Shown: positions 43,147 to 50,240 of the stretch, piece after piece | Numbering within the stretch: position 1 is the stretch's first letter | Layout of the letters: the number at the start of each line of letters is the position of its first letter | Source: Anaerolineaceae bacterium | GTDB lineage: Bacteria; Chloroflexota; Anaerolineae; Anaerolineales; Anaerolineaceae | Reading direction: 5' to 3' | Length of the DNA stretch: 50,240 nt | NCBI GenBank assembly: GCA_011620505.1 | Contig: WOZA01000112.1 | Coordinates: 1 to 50,240 of the forward strand | Notes under the pieces: model-generated | What the model saw: only the letters and a program-made list of their open reading frames with translations | Told to the model about the DNA's origin: nothing | The model's database searches: none | Position numbers and translations under genes: made by a program

Positions 43147-44458
43147 GCAAACGGCAGGTCGGCGCCCCGGCATTGACATTGGCGATCCGAACTGCCCCCG
43201 CTGTGGTGGGATTGGTTTTGTGGGGCGGGATGTTCCTATTGACGACCCGGATTTTGGCAAGATGGAAATTTGCACCTGCCGTCTCGCCGAGGTCATAGCT
43301 TCCCAGCGCGACGAACTCTTCTCCCTCAGCAATCTCAGCGCGCTCAGCGGGCTGACCTTCGCCAGCTTTAAACCCCGGGGGCGGGTGGGTCTGGGCTCCT
43401 TCCAGGCAGACTCGCTGGAACAAGCCTTTAACTCTTCCCAGAATTTTGCTGGCTCTCTGACTGGCTGGCTGCTCCTCACTGGCACCTACGGCTCAGGCAA
43501 AACTCACCTCGCTGCGGCAATCGCTAACCAGGCGGTGGGGATGGGCATCAGCACACTCTTCCTGACCGTGCCAGACTTGCTGGATTGGCTGCGTTTCTCT
43601 TACAGCAATACCTCCGATACCAGCTTCGAGGACCGCATCACTCAAATCCGCAGCATACCTTTGTTGATTATGGATGATTTTGGCACCCAAAACACAACCC
43701 AATGGGCGCAGGAAAAGTTGTTCCAGATTATTAATCACCGCTACATCAACAAGCTGCCAACCGTGATCACCAGCAATCAAGCGCTGACAGATTTCGAACC
43801 GCGCATCCGTTCGCGCCTGCAGGACCCCGACCTGGTCACACATGTGGAGATCCTGGCACCAGACTTTCGCAACCCTACCGATGATATCGGTCACCCGGAG
43901 TTGTCAAGCCTCAATCACCATTCAAAGCAGACTTTTGGTTCCTTCAGCTTCCGTAAAAACGAACGCCTCGAGCCGGATGATTCCCAATCGCTGCTTGAAG
44001 CCTTCGAGATTGCCAAAAAATTCGCCGAATCCCCCCAGGGCTGGCTGGTTTTTTACGGCCCCTACGGCTGCGGCAAGACCCACCTGGCTGCCGCGATCGG
44101 CAACTACCAGGCTGGTCTCGGTTATCCTCCACTTTTCGTTGGGGTGCCAGATCTGCTTGACTACCTGAGGGCAGCGTTTTCGCCCAACAGCAGCACGACC
44201 CTCGACCGCCGTTTCTATGAAATACGTTCGACCCGCCTGCTTATTCTGGACGACATTGGCACCGAATCGGCTACGCCCTGGGCACGTGAGAAACTCTACC
44301 AGCTAATCAACCATCGCTATAATGCCGAGCTGCCAACCGTCATGACGACGGCCAGCGAGCCTTCCAGGCTGGATCAACGGATCTTCAGCCGAATGTCCGA
44401 TAAGCGCCTCTGCAAACTGGTGCTGATGTCCGCCCCGACGTTCACTGGCGAGGGTTAG
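43067..44458 (+). CDS. Helicase-loader-like protein with an N-terminal Cys4 motif and two tandem DnaC/IstB-type AAA+ modules
   Basis: The Cys4 motif is CPRCGG...CTC. Module 1 has TFASF, GTYGSGKTHLAAAI, LLIMDDFG, VITSN and RIRSR. Module 2 has TFGSF, GPYGCGKTHLAAAI, LLILDDIG, VMTTA and RIFSR. The start is ATG 43067 or GTG 43055, and either overlaps the preceding gene. Confidence 0.8.
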   Translation: MEPLKARLKDFENFIANRNSKEAESPEQTAGRRPGIDIGDPNCPRCGGIGFVGRDVPIDDPDFGKMEICTCRLAEVIASQRDELFSLSNLSALSGLTFASFKPRGRVGLGSFQADSLEQAFNSSQNFAGSLTGWLLLTGTYGSGKTHLAAAIANQAVGMGISTLFLTVPDLLDWLRFSYSNTSDTSFEDRITQIRSIPLLIMDDFGTQNTTQWAQEKLFQIINHRYINKLPTVITSNQALTDFEPRIRSRLQDPDLVTHVEILAPDFRNPTDDIGHPELSSLNHHSKQTFGSFSFRKNERLEPDDSQSLLEAFEIAKKFAESPQGWLVFYGPYGCGKTHLAAAIGNYQAGLGYPPLFVGVPDLLDYLRAAFSPNSSTTLDRRFYEIRSTRLLILDDIGTESATPWAREKLYQLINHRYNAELPTVMTTASEPSRLDQRIFSRMSDKRLCKLVLMSAPTFTGEG

Positions 44459-44506
44459 CAGGTAACCGACATTAACCCGTGTTAATGGGTATAATAGACA
44501 GGCGCT

Positions 44507-44527
44507 GAAGCGGCATCAATCCGCTTC
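44507..44527 (+). terminator. Stem-loop between the loader gene and glgP
   Basis: GAAGCGG-CATCAAT-CCGCTTC forms a 7-bp stem. It is followed by TGTTAATTTG, a weak U tract. Confidence 0.35.
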
Positions 44528-44582
44528 TGTTAATTTGTCTGTCAGCTAACCCTGGCATTGAAAGGATTGTCTGCAATTAATT

Positions 44583-46760
44583 ATGAATAAAATCATTCGA
44601 GAAGCCCCCAATAGTTTTGACCTGCCCTACCGCATCAAGAGGCTGGCTGACCTTGCCCATAACCTTTGGTGGGTCGGCAACCCCGAAGCCGCCCGCATGT
44701 TCAAGGAAATTGATCCCTTCGGTTGGGACCAATGCACTCATAATCCGATCGTCTTCCTGCGGTCCGTTGATCGCCAAACTTTTGATGATCTCATCAAAGA
44801 CCGCTACTTCCTTGAACGCTATGACCGGATCATGCGCGAGTTCGATGCTTATATGTATGCGGAAAACACTTGGTTCCGCAATACCTACCCCAATCTGACG
44901 GATGAGCAAATTGCCTACTTCTCCTTTGAATACGGACTGCACGAGTCCCTGATGGTCTATGCTGGCGGTTTGGGTGTGCTTTCGGGTGATCACCTCAAGG
45001 AAGCCAGCGACCTCGGTTTGCCGCTGGTGGCAGTCGGCTTTCTTTATACCTTTGGGTACTTCACACAAAAGATCAGTGAAGACGGTTGGCAGGAAGCCCG
45101 CAATATTGAGCTCAATTTTAATGACCTGCCGTTAATCGCCCTCTACGACGAAGAGCACAACCCGATCAAAATCTCCATCGAGCTGCCAGGCCGCAATCTG
45201 TTTGCCCGCCTTTACGAGCTCAACATCGGGCGCAACAAGCTCATTTTGATGCACACCAATATCCCGGAAAATAATCCCCAGGATCGCCAGCTCACAGACC
45301 GCCTGTACATCAGCGATCCTGAACTGCGCATCTCGCAGGAGATGCTGCTCGGCATTGGTGGATTTCGCGCGTTGCAGCGTTTGGGTTATAAGCCATCCAT
45401 CTTCCACATGAACGAAGGTCATTCCGCTTTCCTTACGCTCGAACGCGTCCGCCAGCTTATGGGCGAAGGTCAGACCCTCGAAGAAGCAAAGGAATCCGTC
45501 CGAAAAACCAGTATTTTCACCACACACACCCCCGTTCCTGCTGGTAATGACGAATTCCCGGCCTGGCTGATCGACAAGTATTTTTCCTCTTACTGGGGCG
45601 ATCTTGGGCTAAACCGCGATCAATTCATAGATCTTGCAAAGGTAAAAACCGACTGGTCGGACGAAGTATTCAGCATGCCAGTGTTGGCACTGCGCCTTTC
45701 AGATTATCGCAACGGCGTCTCGAAGATCCATGGCGAGGTTTCCCGCAAGATGTGGCAATATCTTTGGCCTGATACCCCTGCTGAGGATGTCCCGATCTCC
45801 TACATTACCAACGGTGTTCACACCGGCACCTGGCTTGCACGCCGGCTTGGCATCCTCTACACCCGCTATCTGGGGCCTGATTGGAAGTATTACCTCGACG
45901 ATCCTGCCATGTGGGAAAAAGTCGAAAACATCCCTGATGATGATATCTGGCGTGTGCGTCTGCACCTCAAACGCAAGCTGATCAACTACATGGTCAGCCG
46001 TGCCCGCTACCAGTGGGAACATACCAACGTCCATCCGGTTCAGACGGTTGCCAGCGGAGTCTTGCTTGACCCAACCGCTCTCACAATCGGTTTTGCTCGT
46101 CGGTTTGCCACGTACAAACGCGCTAACTTGCTCTTCCGGGATTACGACCGCCTGCTGCGCATTGTTACCAACGCCCGCAAGCCGGTTCAGATCATTTTTG
46201 CCGGCAAAGCGCATCCTGCCGACGAACCCGGAAAACTCCTGATCCAGGAGGTCTACCGCAAGGTAAAAGACGCCCGCAATGGCGGACGGCTGGTTTTCCT
46301 GGATGATTACGACATGGACATGGCGCGCTACCTGGTGCAGGGCGTTGACGTCTGGCTCAACACTCCGCGCCGTCCGCGCGAAGCTTCCGGCACCAGCGGT
46401 ATGAAAGCTGCCATGAATGGCACGCTCAACTTCTCTGTGCTGGATGGCTGGTGGGCTGAAGGATATAACGGGCACAACGGCTGGGCGATTGGGGATGACA
46501 CGCAATACAACAACCTGGATCAGCAGGATGATGCTGATGCAAAAAGTTTATACGACACTCTCGAAAACGAAATTGTGCCGCTCTATTACACCAAACGTTC
46601 AGCTGATGGCTTGCCCGGGGACTGGATCCAGCGGATCAAGGAATGCATTCGGACGATCTCGCCCCAATTCTCCACAACCCGCATGGTTAAAGAATACACG
46701 AACCATTTGTACTCACCAGCGATGCTATCAGCTAAGGGCGAGGAAGAACTTCACGAGTAG
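44583..46760 (+). CDS. glgP: Alpha-glucan phosphorylase (GT35, maltodextrin/glycogen phosphorylase family)
   Basis: It has GGLGVLSGDHLKEASDLGLP, HMNEGHSAF, and the PLP-lysine region EASGTSGMKAAMNG. Confidence 0.9.
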   Translation: MNKIIREAPNSFDLPYRIKRLADLAHNLWWVGNPEAARMFKEIDPFGWDQCTHNPIVFLRSVDRQTFDDLIKDRYFLERYDRIMREFDAYMYAENTWFRNTYPNLTDEQIAYFSFEYGLHESLMVYAGGLGVLSGDHLKEASDLGLPLVAVGFLYTFGYFTQKISEDGWQEARNIELNFNDLPLIALYDEEHNPIKISIELPGRNLFARLYELNIGRNKLILMHTNIPENNPQDRQLTDRLYISDPELRISQEMLLGIGGFRALQRLGYKPSIFHMNEGHSAFLTLERVRQLMGEGQTLEEAKESVRKTSIFTTHTPVPAGNDEFPAWLIDKYFSSYWGDLGLNRDQFIDLAKVKTDWSDEVFSMPVLALRLSDYRNGVSKIHGEVSRKMWQYLWPDTPAEDVPISYITNGVHTGTWLARRLGILYTRYLGPDWKYYLDDPAMWEKVENIPDDDIWRVRLHLKRKLINYMVSRARYQWEHTNVHPVQTVASGVLLDPTALTIGFARRFATYKRANLLFRDYDRLLRIVTNARKPVQIIFAGKAHPADEPGKLLIQEVYRKVKDARNGGRLVFLDDYDMDMARYLVQGVDVWLNTPRRPREASGTSGMKAAMNGTLNFSVLDGWWAEGYNGHNGWAIGDDTQYNNLDQQDDADAKSLYDTLENEIVPLYYTKRSADGLPGDWIQRIKECIRTISPQFSTTRMVKEYTNHLYSPAMLSAKGEEELHE

Positions 46761-46769
46761 AGGAGAGAA

Positions 46770-47312
46770 ATGCAACTGATCCTAACTCCAACTGCCATCC
46801 TGACAGCGTTGCTCATTTTTTTGGTACGCGTGGTTTCGATAACCATGGACACCCTGCGCTTCATGCTCACCATGCGTGGAAAACAGGGCATTTCCTGGGT
46901 GCTCGGTTTCATCGAGTCGGTTCTCTTCGTCGTCACAATGGGAGCTGTATTAAACGATCTTTCGAATGTATTGTACGTAGTCGGTTATTCTGCAGGTTTC
47001 GCTACAGGTAACGTGATTGGAATGGCAATCGAAAAACGCCTGGCAATTGGCTTTTCACACATAAAGATTATTACAAAACAGCACGGAGATGCGGTGGCTG
47101 AAGCCTTGCGCAAGATGGATTACGCTGTGACCGAGATTCCAGCCCGTGGTAAGGACGGATCCGTCTCGCTCTGTGACATGTCTGTCCGCCGCAAGGATGT
47201 TCCCGCCATTGAAAAACTGGCTCTGGAAGTCGATCCCGAGGCATTTATCACCGTTGAAGACATCACCCCTCTACGCAGTGGTTATTGGGGCACCGGTTCT
47301 GTGCGCAGGTAA
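46770..47312 (+). CDS. UPF0316 / DUF2179-domain membrane protein
   Basis: It has three N-terminal TM helices with the MDTLRFMLTMRGK motif and a C-terminal DUF2179-like soluble domain. A GAGGAGAG SD is present. Confidence 0.75.
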   Translation: MQLILTPTAILTALLIFLVRVVSITMDTLRFMLTMRGKQGISWVLGFIESVLFVVTMGAVLNDLSNVLYVVGYSAGFATGNVIGMAIEKRLAIGFSHIKIITKQHGDAVAEALRKMDYAVTEIPARGKDGSVSLCDMSVRRKDVPAIEKLALEVDPEAFITVEDITPLRSGYWGTGSVRR

Positions 47313-47317
47313 GCATT

Positions 47318-47998
47318 TTGACCGACGAACAAACAAATCATGTCCATCAGGCCATCATTTTTGATTTTGATGGCCTGATTATTGAAACCGAAGCAGTCTA
47401 TTGCCATATCTGGCAGCGCGAGTTCCGCAAAGTAGGTCTCGCTTTTGATATGGCGGGATACCAAAACCTGATTGGTGCCCATCATGTTATTGGTGGATAC
47501 CAACCTCACCAACAGCTGGCTGATCACCTCAATAATGGCGTCTCAGCCCGGGAATTGCGCCTTGCCGTGGAACGTGAAGCCATCCAGACCATTGAGCGCA
47601 AAGAGGCAAAACCCGGTGTGCTGCAAGTTTTGGATGAAGCCGCTCGCAGAGGTTTTTTACTGGCAGTCGGTTCCAGTTCGGAACGAAAATGGGTGCACGG
47701 GCACTTGAAACGGCTCGGCATATTCGATCGCTTTGATACGATTGTCACAGCAAACGACGTAGAAAACGCCAAGCCTGAACCGGATATATACCAGAAAGTA
47801 CTTGAGAATCTCGATGTTTTCCCGCAAAACGCGTTGGTACTTGAAGATTCGAACAATGGCGTCGTGGCGTCTCATCGTGCCGGTATCCGCGTAATCGCAG
47901 TGCCCAACGAAGTCACGCTGGGCCAGGATTTTTCCCTTGCGACTGCCATCATCCCCAGCCTGGAAGCCCTGAACTTAGCCGATTATTTTCCAGCATAG
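47318..47998 (+). CDS. HAD-superfamily hydrolase (beta-phosphoglucomutase-like subfamily IA)
   Basis: Motif I is FDFDGLIIETE, motif II is AVGSSS, and the motif III/IV region is KPEPDIY...LEDSNNG. The start is uncertain: TTG 47318 lies just after the upstream stop, and the ORF-track TTG 47285 overlaps it. Confidence 0.8.
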   Translation: MTDEQTNHVHQAIIFDFDGLIIETEAVYCHIWQREFRKVGLAFDMAGYQNLIGAHHVIGGYQPHQQLADHLNNGVSARELRLAVEREAIQTIERKEAKPGVLQVLDEAARRGFLLAVGSSSERKWVHGHLKRLGIFDRFDTIVTANDVENAKPEPDIYQKVLENLDVFPQNALVLEDSNNGVVASHRAGIRVIAVPNEVTLGQDFSLATAIIPSLEALNLADYFPA

Positions 47999-48014
47999 TC
48001 GGAAAACTATACAC

Positions 48015-48044
48015 AAAAAGGAGGTGGCTAGCCATCTCCTTTTT
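48015..48044. terminator. Bidirectional intrinsic terminator
   Basis: The sequence is AAAAA-GGAGGTGG-CTAG-CCATCTCC-TTTTT, with one G-U pair. It lies between convergent genes. Confidence 0.75.
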
Positions 48045-48072
48045 GAGTTCTTGAGTTCCAGGTTTGCGAGTG

Positions 48073-49284
48073 TTACTGATTTCTGCGCGTGATCCGGTCA
48101 AAAACAACTGCCAGGACGAGTACAGCTCCGCGAACGATGTACTGCACGGAACTATCAATGCCCATCAAGAGCATACCGCTTTGCAGCGACATCATTACCA
48201 GCGCACCAACAATGGAGCCGGTAATTGTACCAACACCGCCAGCCGCGGATACACCGCCAACAAAGGCCGCCGCGATCGCGTCGGTTTCAAAACCCAAGCC
48301 AGCTGTAGTGGTGGCGGAATTCAAACGGGAAGCGTACATGATACCCGAAAGAGATGAGAGCAACCCCATCGCGCCAAAAACGATGTAAGTGATCCTTGAA
48401 ACACTGATACCACTGAGCTCTGCAGCTTCAGGGTTTCCGCCTACAGCATAAATATGGCGGCCAAGTGGTGTTTTGGTAGTGATAAACTGGAAGACCCCCA
48501 CGACCAACAGCAAAATTACCAGGCTCCAGGAAATGCCGTTATAGCCCGAGAGTATCCAGGCTACATACCCAATCAATGCCGAAATGAGCACGAGCTGGGC
48601 AACGAACAAGCCAAAATTGGGAACTTGGAAATTATAGGATTTCTTGGTCCGCCTGCTTCGAATGGCTGAGAATATGGATAGAATAATACCGATCAATCCT
48701 ATGATCAGGGTTAACTTGTGCCGTCCGGGAAGAAATCCCTCGAGTTTGATATCTGGGATATAGCCATTGCCGATCTTAATGAAAACCGGGTCATTAATTA
48801 TAATGGTGCCCGTGCCCATGGTGACCAGCAGCAAGGCTCCCCTGAAGATCAGACCAGCAGCCATTGTTGAAACGAATGCCGGCACACCAAGCTTTGCAAC
48901 CGGAGTGGCTGTGAGCATGCCTGCCAGGATTCCCATGATCATCACAGCAGGGATTACCGCATAGACTGGCCAACCCCAGAATGTCATCGCAATTGCCGAA
49001 AACGCACCGAGGAAACCTGCCAGGTAACCAACTGAAAGATCAATATGACGAATGACAATGATGAGGGTCATGCCAACCGCCAGAACTGCAATATAGCCCA
49101 TTTGGTTGATCAGGTTGCTGATATTCCTGGAGGAGATAAAGACGCCGTTTGTCGTAATAGTGAAGAAGATCATGATAACGACCAGCGCGATAACCATAAA
49201 GTATTGGCCGATATTCGTTTTCAGGATATCCAGCAGGCTTTCCGTTTGTCCTGCTTTACTTTTTGTTTGTTTTGGACTTTCCAT
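48073..49284 (-). CDS. Monosaccharide ABC transporter permease (XylH/GguB-like, BPD_transp_2 family)
   Basis: It has about 10-12 TM segments and family-typical segments such as TPLGRHIYAVGGNPEAAELSGI. An AGGAG SD lies 6 nt before the ATG. Confidence 0.85.
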   Translation of the reverse strand: MESPKQTKSKAGQTESLLDILKTNIGQYFMVIALVVIMIFFTITTNGVFISSRNISNLINQMGYIAVLAVGMTLIIVIRHIDLSVGYLAGFLGAFSAIAMTFWGWPVYAVIPAVMIMGILAGMLTATPVAKLGVPAFVSTMAAGLIFRGALLLVTMGTGTIIINDPVFIKIGNGYIPDIKLEGFLPGRHKLTLIIGLIGIILSIFSAIRSRRTKKSYNFQVPNFGLFVAQLVLISALIGYVAWILSGYNGISWSLVILLLVVGVFQFITTKTPLGRHIYAVGGNPEAAELSGISVSRITYIVFGAMGLLSSLSGIMYASRLNSATTTAGLGFETDAIAAAFVGGVSAAGGVGTITGSIVGALVMMSLQSGMLLMGIDSSVQYIVRGAVLVLAVVFDRITRRNQ

Positions 49285-49293
49285 AGACGTCTC

Positions 49294-50240
49294 CTAGTAA
49301 TCGACTGCCAGCGCCATGATGCTTTCCTGCGAAGCATCCTCAACCGGCATTTCTCCTTTAATCTTACCCGCAGACATAATGTAAATACGGTCGCTCATAC
49401 CGAGAATCTCAGGCAGTTCAGATGAGATCATAATGATGCTCATTCCCTGTTCTACCAACGAATTCATAATTGTATAGATTTCGTATTTTGCGCCCACATC
49501 AATTCCTCGTGTGGGCTCATCCAGGATCATGATCCCAGGTTTGACGAACAGCCACTTACCCAACGACACTTTTTGTTGGTTTCCGCCACTCAAATTGCGC
49601 ACCTTTTGTTGGACAGTGGGTGTCTTAATATTTAACTCGGAGCAATACTTGTTTGCCACAAGGATCTCTTCATTTTCATTGATAACGCCCCCAACGGTAA
49701 TCTCCTTGAGATTTGCCAGGCTAATGTTTTGTTTGACATCTTCAATCAGGATCAAGCCGTTGCCTTTGCGGTCTTCGGTAACATAAGCCATAGATGACTT
49801 GATCGCGTCATGCGGGTTTCTAAATTTTTGCTCCTCACCGTTGATAAACACCTTTCCACTCAGGCGATAATGGTCCGGGTTGCCAAAGACACTTTTTGCC
49901 AATTCCGTACGACCGGATCCCATCAAGCCAGCAATCCCAACGATCTCACCTGCATGCACACTGATATTGACGTTCTTGAGGATGTCCCTGCCAAGAGCAT
50001 AAGAATAGGCGCTCCAATTTTCAAGTCGGAGCAATTCCTTGCCAACCTTCACTTTCTCTCGTTTTGGAAAGACGTTATCGATCGATCGCCCTACCATATG
50101 TTTGATCAGGACAGGCTCATTGACCTTATCTTTCTCGACATCAAGCGTGGTCACGGTTTTGCCATCTCGCAGAACTGTAATCGTATCGGCAATTTCCATA
50201 ACCTCACGCAATTTATGCGAGATAAGAATGCAGGTCACGC
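49294..50240 (-). CDS. Monosaccharide ABC transporter ATP-binding protein (XylG/GguA/RbsA-like), 5' end outside the window
   Basis: The second NBD has GLMGSGRTE, LSGGNQQKV and ILDEPTRGIDV. The end of the first NBD is visible at the window edge. The ORF stays open to 50240. Confidence 0.85.
   Translation of the reverse strand, partial: VTCILISHKLREVMEIADTITVLRDGKTVTTLDVEKDKVNEPVLIKHMVGRSIDNVFPKREKVKVGKELLRLENWSAYSYALGRDILKNVNISVHAGEIVGIAGLMGSGRTELAKSVFGNPDHYRLSGKVFINGEEQKFRNPHDAIKSSMAYVTEDRKGNGLILIEDVKQNISLANLKEITVGGVINENEEILVANKYCSELNIKTPTVQQKVRNLSGGNQQKVSLGKWLFVKPGIMILDEPTRGIDVGAKYEIYTIMNSLVEQGMSIIMISSELPEILGMSDRIYIMSAGKIKGEMPVEDASQESIMALAVDY

Noticed and set aside
44470-44495. The inverted repeat CATTAAC-CCGT-GTTAATG followed by TATAAT upstream of glgP was considered as an operator plus promoter.
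   Set aside because: The -35 region is poor, the TG is misplaced by one base for an extended -10, and a stem-loop lies downstream of it. This is too weak to call as a feature.

Overview
This is a dense chromosomal window with genes on both strands, about 45 protein genes in total. I recognised no rRNA, tRNA, CRISPR array, transposase or integrase. All family calls come from motif recognition by eye; no BLAST or HMM search was possible.

The gene style suggests a Chloroflexota/Anaerolineae-like or other monoderm-type anaerobe, but this is inference only. The cues are lipobox lipoproteins with Pro/Thr or Pro/Glu linkers, a DnaD-type plus DnaC-type loader next to dnaB, and a Na+-pumping decarboxylase.

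Gene order, left to right:
- a membrane Hanks Ser/Thr kinase followed by two secreted NHL-repeat paralogs
- a convergent GH2 glycosidase and GPH sugar symporter
- an ABC-2 exporter (ATPase plus two permeases) followed by two lipoproteins with NBR1-like domains
- queG, a GH38 alpha-mannosidase, and a tRNA-dihydrouridine synthase
- a UMF1-type MFS transporter, an atypical Ddl-family ATP-grasp ligase, two GNAT genes (one frameshifted in a T7 run), and a DUF3795 Cys-rich protein
- on the minus strand: rpsO, pnp, an AT-rich membrane protein, and a peptide ABC importer in the order D-F-A-B-C
- a methylmalonyl-CoA-decarboxylase-type Na+ pump (order mmdA-D-C-B)
- an orphan OmpR-type response regulator lacking the phospho-acceptor Asp
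- a DUF151 nuclease, dnaB, a DnaD-domain protein, and a loader made of two tandem DnaC/IstB-like ATPase modules
- glgP, a UPF0316 protein, and a HAD hydrolase
- the end of a sugar ABC importer, truncated at the window edge

The most interesting candidates are:
- the sensor-less kinase with two detached NHL propellers (a split PknD-like arrangement)
- the internally duplicated helicase loader, whose gene overlaps the DnaD gene by at least 80 nt
- the pseudo-receiver response regulator
- the MFS/ATP-grasp/GNAT cluster

I found no clear-cut novel system. All functional interpretations are hypotheses.
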